This document shows, piece after piece, positions 25,849 through 35,960 of a stretch of DNA of 54,025 bases. Origin of the DNA: Candidatus Sumerlaeota bacterium. Lineage in GTDB: Bacteria; UBP6; UBA1177. Position numbers and translations under genes: made by a program. Position 1 is the stretch's first letter. Each line of letters opens with the position of its first letter. Below the pieces are notes generated by a model. The model worked only from the letters and a program-made list of their open reading frames with translations, had not been told where the DNA came from and searched no databases. The DNA is taken from contig SLOD01000086.1 of NCBI GenBank assembly GCA_007132725.1, positions 1-54,025 on the forward strand. Reading direction: 5' to 3'.

Positions 25849-27354
25849 ATGAAGAAAATTTTTCTCTCCATCATATTTTTAACAAGTGTGCTATTTTTCG
25901 CCTGTTCAAATATTTCCGAAGATGATACCGGTATTGGAAAAGAATGCCTATCTAACAACGACTGTCCTCTACCTCTTGTATGCGATCTTGAAACTGGTAA
26001 GTGTGTCGATCCTTCAAGTGGCGGTGAAAATGGCGGTTTACCCGGAGAAGGAGGAGGAAACGATAATGACCCTGTCAATGATGATGATAACGGTGGCCCG
26101 GACAATGGGCAAAACAATGACCCGCCGACTAAAGTTTGTACCCCGGGAGATACCGAAAAATGTCCTTACAACGGACCTCCTGAAACAGAAGGTGTAGGAG
26201 AATGCAGAGCCGGGGAAAGAACTTGCAAAGAAGATGGAACATGGGGATTTTGTGAAGGAGAAGTGCTCCCTGTTCCTGAAATAGGAGAACTTTGCCACAG
26301 CGGCAGAGATGACGATTGTACGGGACTTGTTGATACGGGTATCGACTGGGATGGAGATGGTGTTCCTGCATGTCTTGACTGCTGCTCATTCGACCATGAG
26401 TGTCCCGATCCGGCAAGTGCATGGGATCCGGAGTTACATATCTGCTCATGGGACGAAGAAGAAAACGAAAAAATATATTTCTGTGACGAAGGATTGTCTG
26501 TGGGGAACAACAAGGATCCGATGGATTATGCAAGGGCTATCGGTCTATGTGCCACAGCAACAGAAGACCCTGCAAGTGGATGGGGAGTAATAAGTGCTGA
26601 AGTATTAAAGCCGGACGGAAGTCCGGGAGCCCATAATAACAGCCACGGTTTGCTGACTGGTTTAGGCAATCATATAAAACCTTTTTCCGGCAATTATTTT
26701 CTGGCTTTAAGTTCCGGTAGAGTAGGAAATCCTTTTCCATGTCCCAGCTCAAGTCACTGTAACATGGGAACCAGTTCAGGGCCTCCACCGGACTGGTATG
26801 CCGCAAATAACAACCAGCTTCCAAGTGCACCCGGCTGTCCAAGTGGAAGCGGAATAAATGATGCTGTAATGCTACAGTTAAGAATAAGGGTTCCTCAAGG
26901 AGTTCAATCTTTCAGCTTTGATATTTACTTTCTTTCTATTGAATTTCCAAGATATGTATGCACCCAGTTCAACGACTTTTTTGTTGCACTTCTTGATTCA
27001 GAGCATACAAGTGACAATCCTGATTTTCAAAACCCTCATGACAAGAACCTTGCGATGGATGAAAACGGATATCCTGTAGGAGTTAATTTGGCACAATCGG
27101 GACTTTTCAAAATATGTCAGGTGAGCTCAACATATCCATCCTGTATAGGAACAACAGAGCTTTCAGGTACCGGCTTTGAAGGTCATGGTGCTACAGGCTG
27201 GTTAACAGTAAGAGGAAATGTTGCTCCAGGAGAAGTTATCACTTTACGCCTTGCTATCTGGGATACTGGGGACCACATCTGGGATTCAAAAGTTCTGATC
27301 GACAACTTCAGGTGGCAATTTGAAGAATATATCCCGGGAACAGGTGAAAAATAA
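25849..27354 (+). CDS. Cys-rich secreted lipoprotein, paralog A (MopE-like metal-binding-motif module + C-terminal beta-sandwich-like domain)
   Basis: 'MKKIFLSIIFLTSVLFFACS' signal peptide plus Cys. 'GVGECRAGERTCKEDGTWGFCEGEVLPVPEIGELC..GRDDDC' and 'DWDGDGVPACLDCC'. C-terminal 'FSFDIYFLSIEFPRYVCTQFNDFFVALLDS'. Confidence 0.7.
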   Translation: MKKIFLSIIFLTSVLFFACSNISEDDTGIGKECLSNNDCPLPLVCDLETGKCVDPSSGGENGGLPGEGGGNDNDPVNDDDNGGPDNGQNNDPPTKVCTPGDTEKCPYNGPPETEGVGECRAGERTCKEDGTWGFCEGEVLPVPEIGELCHSGRDDDCTGLVDTGIDWDGDGVPACLDCCSFDHECPDPASAWDPELHICSWDEEENEKIYFCDEGLSVGNNKDPMDYARAIGLCATATEDPASGWGVISAEVLKPDGSPGAHNNSHGLLTGLGNHIKPFSGNYFLALSSGRVGNPFPCPSSSHCNMGTSSGPPPDWYAANNNQLPSAPGCPSGSGINDAVMLQLRIRVPQGVQSFSFDIYFLSIEFPRYVCTQFNDFFVALLDSEHTSDNPDFQNPHDKNLAMDENGYPVGVNLAQSGLFKICQVSSTYPSCIGTTELSGTGFEGHGATGWLTVRGNVAPGEVITLRLAIWDTGDHIWDSKVLIDNFRWQFEEYIPGTGEK

Positions 27355-27432
27355 AATACCCTTGATTAAATTTTAGTTTTATGAATAATTAATTTCAGAT
27401 TTATCCTGAACCTTGATTAGGAGGATTACAAT

Positions 27433-28983
27433 ATGAGAAAGACTTTGTTGATTTTTATTTGTTTCCAGTTTTTATTAGTATCCTGTTCAGACAAGCCTGA
27501 AAAACAGACCAATGGTGAAATTGGCGATAAATGTTCAACAAATGAAGACTGTCCACAAAACCACATCTGTGATCTCACAACAGAAAGATGTGTCCCCGAA
27601 GAAATGCCTGATGGTCCTAAGCTTCCTGGAGACAATGGCAACGGAGAAAGCGATGACTCAGACACCTCTAATGGGGAAAACGGCAACGATGTTGATGAAA
27701 AACCTGATGAACCGGTACAGCCCGGTCATGATTGTATCCCCGGCGAAGAAGAAGAATGCCCTTACCAGGGACCAGAAGGAACAGAAGGTGTAGGAGAGTG
27801 CAGAGCAGCTGTAAGAACTTGCAAAGAAGATGGAACATGGGGTTTTTGCGAAGGTGAAGTGCTTCCGGTTCCTGAAATAGGAGAACTTTGTAATACCGGC
27901 AGAGATGATGACTGCTCAGGGCATGTTGATACAGGGATAGACTACGATGGAGACGGTGTTCCTGTTTGTCTTGACTGTTGTGAGTTTCCTGAGGACTGTC
28001 CTGATCCGGCAAAAGCATGGGATCATGAAAGACATTTCTGCTCATGGAATGAAGAAGACCACGATCATCTCTATCAGTGCGATGAAAATCTGGTCGAAGG
28101 AAATAAAGATCCATTCAATTATGCAAAAGCCATGGGACTTTGCCATAAAGTAACAGAAGATTCAGAAGAATGGGGCGTTATCAGTGCAGAAATTATGCTT
28201 CCTGATGAGTCAGGCAACCCTCATCCTGAGTCCCATAACATCCTTTCAGGATTAGGTGACAATATTAAACCGCTCCTTGGCAGCAAAATGCTTGCTCTAT
28301 CGTCCGGTGAAGCTATTAACCCTTTCCCCGATGATCACAGAGACTGGGGAATAAAAACAAATGCTCCCCCAGACTGGTTGGATTTTCACGGAGGAGATTT
28401 GCCAAGTGCACCCGGTTGCCCCCCTGGAGATTCTATTAATGATGCAGTTATGCTGAAACTTCGAATTCGCGTACCCGGTGGAGTAAGATCTTTCAGTTTT
28501 AACATTTATTTTCTCTCAATGGAGTTCCCCAACTGGGTATGTAACGCATATAATGACTTTTTCATAGCACTTCTTGACTCCGAACATGAAAGCGACAATC
28601 CTGATTTTCAAAATCCGGCAGATAAAAATCTTGCTGTTGAAGCAAGTGGATACCCTGTGGGAGTAAACATGGCACACTTAACCGAAGCTGAATTATTTAC
28701 GGTATGTGAAGTGTCTCCGGATTGGCCCTCATGTCAAGGGGTCAGCGACCTTATCAATACCGGGGGCTTTGAAACAGGGTTGGCTGACTCTATTCCGGCC
28801 AATATGACACCCCGTGGAGGAACAGGCTGGTTGACAGTAAGAGGAAATGTTGTTCCCGGTGAAGTGATCACTCTCCGGCTTGCTATCTGGGATACCGGAG
28901 ACCATAGATTTGACTCAATGGTTCTGATAGACAACTTCAGATGGCAGTTCGAAGAGTATGTTCCAGGAACAGGCCCTAGCTGA
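27433..28983 (+). CDS. Cys-rich secreted lipoprotein, paralog B
   Basis: AGGAGG Shine-Dalgarno and 'MRKTLLIFICFQFLLVSCS' lipobox. Collinear with paralog A along its full length, with identical 26-aa block 'RTCKEDGTWGFCEGEVLPVPEIGELC'. Confidence 0.7.
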   Translation: MRKTLLIFICFQFLLVSCSDKPEKQTNGEIGDKCSTNEDCPQNHICDLTTERCVPEEMPDGPKLPGDNGNGESDDSDTSNGENGNDVDEKPDEPVQPGHDCIPGEEEECPYQGPEGTEGVGECRAAVRTCKEDGTWGFCEGEVLPVPEIGELCNTGRDDDCSGHVDTGIDYDGDGVPVCLDCCEFPEDCPDPAKAWDHERHFCSWNEEDHDHLYQCDENLVEGNKDPFNYAKAMGLCHKVTEDSEEWGVISAEIMLPDESGNPHPESHNILSGLGDNIKPLLGSKMLALSSGEAINPFPDDHRDWGIKTNAPPDWLDFHGGDLPSAPGCPPGDSINDAVMLKLRIRVPGGVRSFSFNIYFLSMEFPNWVCNAYNDFFIALLDSEHESDNPDFQNPADKNLAVEASGYPVGVNMAHLTEAELFTVCEVSPDWPSCQGVSDLINTGGFETGLADSIPANMTPRGGTGWLTVRGNVVPGEVITLRLAIWDTGDHRFDSMVLIDNFRWQFEEYVPGTGPS

Positions 28984-28987
28984 TTAT

Positions 28988-29605
28988 TCAAAACATTTTC
29001 AGTTGCTTAGGATAGGATTTTCTATAAAGTTTAAAGCTTTTTCTATGTATTTCAGTAGTACCCTCTTTTTCGATAATATCATAATGTTCTTTCGTGGCAT
29101 ATCCTTTATGTCTGTTAAAATTATATCGGGGATAGATTTTATCCCATCTTTCCATTATCCTGTCCCTGTGCACTTTTGCAAGAATAGAAGCTGCAGCAAT
29201 ATTAAGGCTTTTTGAGTCTCCTTTTATGACTGCTTCTTCAAAATCGAATAACCCTGTTGTTCTATTTCCATCTATTAAGACAACAACATCACCTTCTATT
29301 TTACTTTTAACTTTAAAAATACATTTGGACATCCCATAAATAGTGGCATGCAAAATGTTAAGTTTATCAATAACACACGGTCTGACAGAAAAAACACTCC
29401 ATATGCTGTTTTTTATAATATGAGGAAGTAGCTCAACCCTTTTTTTTTCAGAAAGCTTTTTGGAGTCTCCAAGACCTTCAATATGGCAAAAAAGTGAAAC
29501 TGCAGCCACTACTACCGGACCGCATAAAGGCCCCCTCCCGGCTTCATCAACTCCGATAATTTTAAAATTCTTTTCACTCCAAAACCTATCAATTTCTCCT
29601 AACAT
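28988..29605 (-). CDS. rnhB: Ribonuclease HII
   Basis: 'IGVDEAGRGPLCGPVVVAAV' and 'DSKKL...R' motifs. Confidence 0.9.
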   Translation of the reverse strand: MLGEIDRFWSEKNFKIIGVDEAGRGPLCGPVVVAAVSLFCHIEGLGDSKKLSEKKRVELLPHIIKNSIWSVFSVRPCVIDKLNILHATIYGMSKCIFKVKSKIEGDVVVLIDGNRTTGLFDFEEAVIKGDSKSLNIAAASILAKVHRDRIMERWDKIYPRYNFNRHKGYATKEHYDIIEKEGTTEIHRKSFKLYRKSYPKQLKMF

Positions 29606-30768
29606 CCGCTTTGTTCCTTCATATTTTCAAACAACTTGATAAGGACATAGTTCAAAAAATCAAGCCCCTTGTCCGTACACTTCAAACTTTCTTCATTCAT
29701 TTTACAAAACCTTTCTTTTACCAGGGTCTCAATTGATTTAATGTCAAAAAAACATCTGAAACTTTTTTGAAAAAAATCCTCAAATTCATGCAGAGATATC
29801 CCTTTTGCCAATCTCAGTCCCATAAGTAGAAATTCTTTCACCTGTTCTTCAACAGTAGGATAATACCTACTTAAACCCTGATCTTTCATAAAATCACCCA
29901 GATCGTCACTATAAAAGCTGTACTCTCTTTTATTTCTGCTGAAAGAATGGGCTCCTGCACCAATCCCCAGCCACGAACCATAGTTCCAATAAATTTTATT
30001 ATGGACACTTTCTTTTCCCTTAACTGAATAGTTGCTCACTTCATACCTTTCAAATCCTTTCCGGACAAGGAAATCACGAATCCTGTTTTGCTGAAATTCT
30101 GCATCTTCATCCACAAGCTGTTCAGGAGCGGAAACTCTTTCCGGAGGAGAGTAAGCATAGGCAGAGACATGGAGAGGAATCGCCATACTAAATATTGAAC
30201 AAAGTTCTTTTTCAAGGTCTCTCTCTTTTCCGATACCATAAATAATATCAATCGAAAAATTCGTAAAATATTCTTTTATTAGAGAAAGTGCCTTTTCAAT
30301 ATCCAGGGTTTGCGACATTCTTCCCATTTCAAAAAGAGTTTTTTCATCAAACGCCTGTATTCCGATACTTAATCTATTTATACCCTCACTTTTCAAAGCT
30401 TCAAGAATTTCGCCTGCAACATCTTGGGGGTTTACTTCCATAGTAAACTCAATGTCTTTAAAAACAATCCCTTTTTCTTTAAAAAACTGTGTGATCTTTT
30501 TTACATTTTTTATACCCAACAGAGAAGGAGACCCACCGCCGATATATATTGAAATAATTTCGGCACTATTCAGTTCATTCCACCTTTTCCCAAGCTGATA
30601 AACTACTTTGTCCGTATATTCGGAGAGATTATTTTTACTTGAAATTTCTTCACTGTAAAAATCACAGTAAAAACATTTTTTTCTACAAAAAGGGATATGA
30701 ATATAAATGCCTGATCTTTTTTTATTCACTTTCGATATCTTTTTTCTGCCGGTTTTTATGTTTTTCAA
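29599..30768 (-). CDS. hemW: Radical SAM HemN-like protein (heme chaperone HemW family)
   Basis: 'YIHIPFCRKKCFYCDF' CxxxCxxC motif, 'GGGSPS', and a HemN_C-like tail. The start (TTG 30768) is uncertain. Confidence 0.8.
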   Translation of the reverse strand: MKNIKTGRKKISKVNKKRSGIYIHIPFCRKKCFYCDFYSEEISSKNNLSEYTDKVVYQLGKRWNELNSAEIISIYIGGGSPSLLGIKNVKKITQFFKEKGIVFKDIEFTMEVNPQDVAGEILEALKSEGINRLSIGIQAFDEKTLFEMGRMSQTLDIEKALSLIKEYFTNFSIDIIYGIGKERDLEKELCSIFSMAIPLHVSAYAYSPPERVSAPEQLVDEDAEFQQNRIRDFLVRKGFERYEVSNYSVKGKESVHNKIYWNYGSWLGIGAGAHSFSRNKREYSFYSDDLGDFMKDQGLSRYYPTVEEQVKEFLLMGLRLAKGISLHEFEDFFQKSFRCFFDIKSIETLVKERFCKMNEESLKCTDKGLDFLNYVLIKLFENMKEQSGC

Positions 30769-31765
30769 TAACAGCCATGTTTATCGAACTGTAGACAACA
30801 AAAAAAGGAAAGGCAAATGCAGCCAGAATATTATTGGCAAGAGGGATTAAGGTAATAAACATAACTATGCCGCCCATAACAAATACCATGAACCAGTTTT
30901 TTTTCAGCCACATGAATCTTGACATAAAAGTCCACCCCTTTCTTGCAGCAAAAAAGTCTATGAGCAAAAATGTATTTAAAACCGGATAGAGAAAAAAAAC
31001 CAGAATTTGACCTATAACCGGAACAAAATTAACAAAAAACAGGTAGAGTATAACTCCTGCAGAAAGACCTGCCAGCTTTAAACTTTGCAAAATATCTTCA
31101 TGCACAAAGTCAAAAGAAAACTCATTATCTTCTTCGGGCTTTCCTTCAAAAATATTTTCCGAAACAAAACTGATAAAGCTGTAAAGAGGAGAACATAAAA
31201 CATAGGCTATTAAAAAGGTAACGTAAAAAATAAAAACGGTAGTTGACATATTAAAGAAAAACTTTAAGACCGACCATCCCAAAAGCCTGAAATGATGATA
31301 CCACTCTTCCACTAACGGCGGAATTGAATAAAATGGTGCGGTAAGACCACTGATAAAAGAAAAAACAACATGATAAAGAAATATCGAAATAAAAATCATT
31401 ATCAGTGCAGATGCAAGAAAAAACACAGGAAGTTTGCCATCTGAAATAATATGTTTTGCTGTGTCTTTAAAAGTTATAAGCGGTGGATCATCAAGTTTTT
31501 TTTCAAGTTTTTTTTCAAGCCTTTTTCTTCTTTTCTCCTCTTGTGCTTCTTTTTTATTTTGAAGTTCTTCCTCCCTTTTTTTCTGCTCAAGCTTTTTTTC
31601 TTCCTTTCTCGATAACTCTTCATCTTTAACAAAAGATTCTACCGGTTTTTCATTGGTTTCCCGAGGTTTATTTTTAAGAGGGGCCATCTCCAATTTAGGT
31701 CGGGGCCGATTTATTACACTTTCTTCTTCAGGATTTACTTTCGGCTCTGATCCTTCGTTGTTCAT
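30722..31765 (-). CDS. EI24/CysZ-like integral membrane protein with a Lys/Glu-rich N-terminal extension
   Basis: Four or more TM helices with a CysZ/EI24-like layout. The N-terminal ~100 aa is highly charged ('EEKKLEQKKREEELQNKKEAQEEKRRKRLEKKLEKK'). The family call is tentative. Confidence 0.45.
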   Translation of the reverse strand: MNNEGSEPKVNPEEESVINRPRPKLEMAPLKNKPRETNEKPVESFVKDEELSRKEEKKLEQKKREEELQNKKEAQEEKRRKRLEKKLEKKLDDPPLITFKDTAKHIISDGKLPVFFLASALIMIFISIFLYHVVFSFISGLTAPFYSIPPLVEEWYHHFRLLGWSVLKFFFNMSTTVFIFYVTFLIAYVLCSPLYSFISFVSENIFEGKPEEDNEFSFDFVHEDILQSLKLAGLSAGVILYLFFVNFVPVIGQILVFFLYPVLNTFLLIDFFAARKGWTFMSRFMWLKKNWFMVFVMGGIVMFITLIPLANNILAAFAFPFFVVYSSINMAVIEKHKNRQKKDIESE

Positions 31766-32171
31766 CTTTTTCTCCGAACTCTATTTTTATTTCGATCCTT
31801 GGAAAACAGTTTTCCCAACTCTCTTTAAAAAGAGATGCCCATTCTATAATATTTACCGTATTTTTTTCATTAAGCAATTCTAAAAAATCTACTGCTATAA
31901 GCTCATCTATTGATTTTACACGATAAAAATCCCAGTGATAAATTTTCACATGACCTTTTATTTCTCTCATTATAGTATATGTGGGACTACAGATCATGGT
32001 TCTTTTTATACCGAGATGTTCACACAAAGCTCCCACAAAAAATGTTTTACCGGAGCCAAGCTCGCCGTCAAGAGTTATGAGTTCTCCTCCTTTGACCGTG
32101 CCGGCAACCTTCTTTGCAAAATCTTCCATTTCAGCTTCACTGTTGATAACATAACTCCCCGTTACAGACAT
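31728..32171 (-). CDS. tsaE: tRNA t6A37 biosynthesis ATPase TsaE (YjeE)
   Basis: 'LDGELGSGKTFFV' P-loop, 'SPTYTIM' and 'HWDFYR' motifs. Confidence 0.85.
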   Translation of the reverse strand: MSVTGSYVINSEAEMEDFAKKVAGTVKGGELITLDGELGSGKTFFVGALCEHLGIKRTMICSPTYTIMREIKGHVKIYHWDFYRVKSIDELIAVDFLELLNEKNTVNIIEWASLFKESWENCFPRIEIKIEFGEKDEQRRIRAESKS

Positions 32172-32172
32172 T

Positions 32173-33609
32173 TCAGTCTCCAGTATTCCCGATGATATTT
32201 ATCAAAGAATCAATGTCATGGAATGAGGCACAGTTTTTCTTTTCAAGTTCTACACCGGCAAGCCTGTGCCTTAAAACAGCTCTGACAACTCCGGCATTAA
32301 GCCCGTTAAAAAAAGTTTCAAAAGCCAGTACACCTGTCAAAGCGTCCCCCGTTCCTCCAAAAGAGAGTGCTTTGGCACCATGCGGAACGATAACGGTTTT
32401 TTCAGGAAATTTAATAAAAGGAGCATGACTTTTGGCGACAAGAACATGATTTTTTTCAAGCGGAAATCTTTCTACCTGCTCTATCCAAGACTCTTTTGAT
32501 CCGGCATCAAGAAATCTTTTAAGTTCTCCCGGATGAGGAGTAAAAACAACTTTACAGTTTTTTAATGAAGCAGCTATTTTGTCTGACACCAGATCGAACA
32601 TTCCTGCATCTGCTATGATACTTCCTTTATAATTTTTAAAAACATCATAACTTTTAAAAGGCCACTTAGAAAGTCCCGGACCAATAATGATCGAATCAAA
32701 ATCGTTCAGTCTGTCTGTGACATCATCGATGTCGGCAAGCATCATTCCCGGCATCACACCTGCAACTTGTAAATGGATATCTTTTCTGAAAGCAGCTGTG
32801 ACAAGTCCGCCTCCTGATGCCATAAACGACCTTGCTGCAATAATCGTCGCTCCGAGTTTTTCAACATCTCCGCCGATTATAAGCAAATGTCCGCATTTGT
32901 TCTTATAGCTGTCTACCGGAATGTTCACTGGTTCGGGGAAAAGAGAATCTTCTACAAAATATCCTGTTTTCGGGATATCCCCGTTGTTTGCACTAATATG
33001 ACCGAGGATTATTTTACCGCACATAAAAGGGCCTTTTTCAGCAAAGAGACCTGTTTTGTACATTCCCAATGTAACAGTAATGTCGGCTTTTACCGCCTCA
33101 CCCATTATCTTGCCGTTATCACTGTTAAGACCTGTCGGAACATCTATTGAAACAACAAACTTTTCTTTGTATCCACTTATAAATGCAACGGCATCTTTTA
33201 TTTTTCCGGAAAGATCACTTTTAAGACCGGTTCCTATCATTCCATCAATAAAAAGAATTTTTCCCTTGATCTGATCTGCTGTGATCGTTTCAATAGATCC
33301 CGGCAGTATTTTCCAATTCAAAAAAGAGTCTCCCAAGAGATCTTTCTCATCAAACAACGGCATTATAAACATAGGAATATCACAACCTCTGTCTTTCAAT
33401 ATCCTTAAAAGAGCAAAACTGTCTCCACCATTTCCGCCTCTTCCTGCAAATGCCACTATTTTTTCCGGTTTGAAATGCTCTATCACTTTTACAACTTCAA
33501 GATAGAGTGAAAAAGCGGCATTTTCCATAAGGATAAGTGAAGAAACACCTCTTTTGACAGCACTTATGTCCATCATTCTCGCATGATATGCTTTGCCTGC
33601 AGGAAACAT
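32173..33609 (-). CDS. nnr: Bifunctional NAD(P)H-hydrate epimerase/dehydratase (YjeF, Nnr)
   Basis: YjeF_N 'GRGGNGGDSFA' plus a C-terminal carbohydrate-kinase half 'GGTGDALTG'. ATG 33609 avoids an overlap with the ychF 3' end. The ORF is open to 33768. Confidence 0.85.
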   Translation of the reverse strand: MFPAGKAYHARMMDISAVKRGVSSLILMENAAFSLYLEVVKVIEHFKPEKIVAFAGRGGNGGDSFALLRILKDRGCDIPMFIMPLFDEKDLLGDSFLNWKILPGSIETITADQIKGKILFIDGMIGTGLKSDLSGKIKDAVAFISGYKEKFVVSIDVPTGLNSDNGKIMGEAVKADITVTLGMYKTGLFAEKGPFMCGKIILGHISANNGDIPKTGYFVEDSLFPEPVNIPVDSYKNKCGHLLIIGGDVEKLGATIIAARSFMASGGGLVTAAFRKDIHLQVAGVMPGMMLADIDDVTDRLNDFDSIIIGPGLSKWPFKSYDVFKNYKGSIIADAGMFDLVSDKIAASLKNCKVVFTPHPGELKRFLDAGSKESWIEQVERFPLEKNHVLVAKSHAPFIKFPEKTVIVPHGAKALSFGGTGDALTGVLAFETFFNGLNAGVVRAVLRHRLAGVELEKKNCASFHDIDSLINIIGNTGD

Positions 33610-33706
33610 AAATCCTCTCCGTAAACATAAAAACAAATAATTATAGCAGAACTGGAAAACATTTCCACTTTGACAGAAAAGTAAAAACAAATTTTTGTCT
33701 GAAGAA

Positions 33707-34729
33707 TCAAACATTGAATCTGAAGTTGACGATATCTCCATCTCTGACAGAGTATTCTTTTCCTTCAAGCCGGTATGCTCCGGCTTTTTTGCATTCTGAT
33801 TCAGAGCCGTATTTTACAAAATCATCGTAGTGGATGGTTTCCGCCCTGATGAACCCCCGCTGTATATCGCTATGTATTTTTCCTGCAGCAACAACTGCTG
33901 ATGTCCCTTTTTTTATGGGCCATGCCCGGACTTCATCAGGCCCTGTCGTAAGAAAAGATATGAGGCCCAAAGAATGGTAGGCACTTTTAATGAATCTCGT
34001 TTTTGCACTTTCAGTTAATCCATAATCTTTAAGGAATTCAGTCTGCTCTTCAGGTTCAAGTTCAGCAAGCTCAACTTCAAAAGGGGCACTGACACAGAAA
34101 CTGTCGACCTTGTCTTCATGGAGCATTCTTTTTAGTTTTTCAGGCACTTGGTTCTGCCCTTCCGGTTGATTGACAAGGACTATCATTTCTTTTAAAGATA
34201 AAAATTTATAGTTGGATACCAACTCTGCCTCATCTTCAGAGATGAAATCTCTTTGAGGAAATTCACCATTTTCAAGTATAGAGTAGAGCTTCTGCAATAC
34301 TTTTTTTTCCGGAAGATCTTTTTTTTCCTTTTTTTCTCTTTCAATTCTTCGTTCAACAACAAGAAAATCATTAATTATCAAATCCTCTTTCACCTTTAAA
34401 TACTCTGACACAGGATCTACACCTTCAACAGTAAGAACTGACTCAAAATTTCTAAGCACAAGTATGATCAAGTCTGTTTTCTGAATCATATTTTTTATTT
34501 TAGGAGAAATCACTGTATCTTTTGAAACAGGAACATTGAAGTCACTCAACACAAATTCTGCATAAGTCTTTTTTTTAGGCAAATATATATCTGTCAACCT
34601 GTCTACTCTTTCATCAGGAACCTTTATTGTCCCTATGCTCTCTTCCTTTTTCCCAGGAACAAGCCCAGTAAGTGCCTGAAACACTGAGCTTTTGCCAGAA
34701 AAAGGAGTCCCTATCAAAGCTGCTTTCAT
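33707..34729 (-). CDS. ychF: YchF/Obg-like ATPase (divergent)
   Basis: P-loop 'GTPFSGKSSVF' and C-terminal 'AAGKIHSDIQRGFIRAETIHYDDF' typical of the YchF C-terminal domain. Confidence 0.7.
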   Translation of the reverse strand: MKAALIGTPFSGKSSVFQALTGLVPGKKEESIGTIKVPDERVDRLTDIYLPKKKTYAEFVLSDFNVPVSKDTVISPKIKNMIQKTDLIILVLRNFESVLTVEGVDPVSEYLKVKEDLIINDFLVVERRIEREKKEKKDLPEKKVLQKLYSILENGEFPQRDFISEDEAELVSNYKFLSLKEMIVLVNQPEGQNQVPEKLKRMLHEDKVDSFCVSAPFEVELAELEPEEQTEFLKDYGLTESAKTRFIKSAYHSLGLISFLTTGPDEVRAWPIKKGTSAVVAAGKIHSDIQRGFIRAETIHYDDFVKYGSESECKKAGAYRLEGKEYSVRDGDIVNFRFNV

Positions 34730-34753
34730 TGTTCAGTTTTCCTCCGGGAAAAA

Positions 34754-35923
34754 TCACCGGTAAAGGTGGTACGGTCTAAAGTATTCTTCTGCCTTTGATT
34801 CACAATCACTTAAATAATCATCGATTTCGTTAAATCTTGCGAAATTTCTGAACTGTCCCACAAGTACCTTATCTCCCAAAAGCAGATCTATTGCGGGAAT
34901 ATTCTTTATGAACTCATATGGTTTTACTCTCAAAAAACCTTCTTCCCCTAAAATTCCCCTAAAGATCTGAATGATCCTTATAAAAGACCTTAAAGGCTGT
35001 ACTGTTTTTCTATTTATTATTGAAAAATAAACTCCTCCGCACCTTTTCATAGAATGTTTTTGAAACATAGGGCGAAATTCAAGAGGTGTGAAAACAAGTC
35101 CGGGAATTTCAAGGGAATCTAATTCTTCTTTCAGTTTGAAAGGGTCTATTTCCGGAGCACCTGCAACATGAAAAGGAAATGTAGTGCCTCTTCCTTCAGA
35201 AAGTTCTGTCCCTTCCAAAAGACAGGCTCCAGAATAAATGACAGCCGTATCTATGCTTGGCATATTGGGAGAAGTGGGTATCCACGGATAATCATATTCA
35301 TCAAAAAATGAGTCTCTGTACCATCCTTTAACTTTTGAAACCTGGATAGGAAAGGTATATCCTTTCAACTTATAGAAATAGAGTCCCGCTTCTGCTGAGG
35401 TTAGACCGTGCCTGTGAAAAAGGGGGAAATAACCAACAAAACTTTTATATTTGCTGTCATCCAGTAAAGAACCTTCAACTTTCCCACCTATAGGATTTAT
35501 TCTATCAAAAATTATCAATTCACGCGGATTTTCATTTAGTTTTTCCATGAACATAGCAAGACTGGCAAGATATGTGTAATATCTGCTTCCTATATCCTGA
35601 ATATCATATATTACAGTGTCAAAAAGTTGGAAAAGGGCAGGGTCGGGACTTAGTGAGCTGCTGTCTTCACCATATAGTGAAAAAACAGGAATATTCTTTA
35701 TTCTGTTTTCTTTCCCGACACTTTCCATATCCTGTGCAACTGGAAAGTACCCATGTTCAAGGCTGAAAACAGCAGTTACATCGACACCTTTGCACAAACA
35801 CTTCTCTATTGTTGAAACCCCTGTCCTGTCAACAGAAGTATGATTTGCAATAAGGGCAACTCTTTTACCTTTGAGACAGTCAAAATCAAAATTATCAACC
35901 CCTTGTAACAATTCTTTTTTCAT
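34754..35923 (-). CDS. DUF1343 family protein (NamZ-like exo-beta-N-acetylmuramidase)
   Basis: 'YDIQDIGSRYYTY' and 'EGTELSEGRGTTFPF' are hallmark DUF1343 blocks. Confidence 0.75.
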   Translation of the reverse strand: MKKELLQGVDNFDFDCLKGKRVALIANHTSVDRTGVSTIEKCLCKGVDVTAVFSLEHGYFPVAQDMESVGKENRIKNIPVFSLYGEDSSSLSPDPALFQLFDTVIYDIQDIGSRYYTYLASLAMFMEKLNENPRELIIFDRINPIGGKVEGSLLDDSKYKSFVGYFPLFHRHGLTSAEAGLYFYKLKGYTFPIQVSKVKGWYRDSFFDEYDYPWIPTSPNMPSIDTAVIYSGACLLEGTELSEGRGTTFPFHVAGAPEIDPFKLKEELDSLEIPGLVFTPLEFRPMFQKHSMKRCGGVYFSIINRKTVQPLRSFIRIIQIFRGILGEEGFLRVKPYEFIKNIPAIDLLLGDKVLVGQFRNFARFNEIDDYLSDCESKAEEYFRPYHLYR

Positions 35924-35960
35924 AATCTACCCATCCTCAACATCTCCATTGCAGTCAAAT

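Noticed and set aside
25803-26117. Minus-strand ORFs (also 27426-27686, 26166-26513 and 27668-28114) with Pro/Ser-rich translations, antisense to the Cys-rich lipoprotein genes.
   Set aside because: They mirror the Gly/Asp/Glu-rich sense-strand linkers. The sense ORFs have signal peptides, Shine-Dalgarno sequences and paralog conservation, and the antisense ORFs have none of these.
27355-27432. The 9-nt direct repeat 'CCTTGATTA' occurs twice in the intergenic region between the two paralogous lipoprotein genes.
   Set aside because: It is too short to distinguish from chance in AT-rich DNA, and there is no associated inverted repeat or hairpin. It could be a duplication scar, but I cannot support that.
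33610-33768. A 53-aa N-terminal extension of the Nnr ORF (MKEKNTLSEMEISS...).
   Set aside because: It would overlap the ychF 3' end by 62 nt, and its sequence is unlike YjeF_N. The internal ATG 33609 starts right at the conserved domain.
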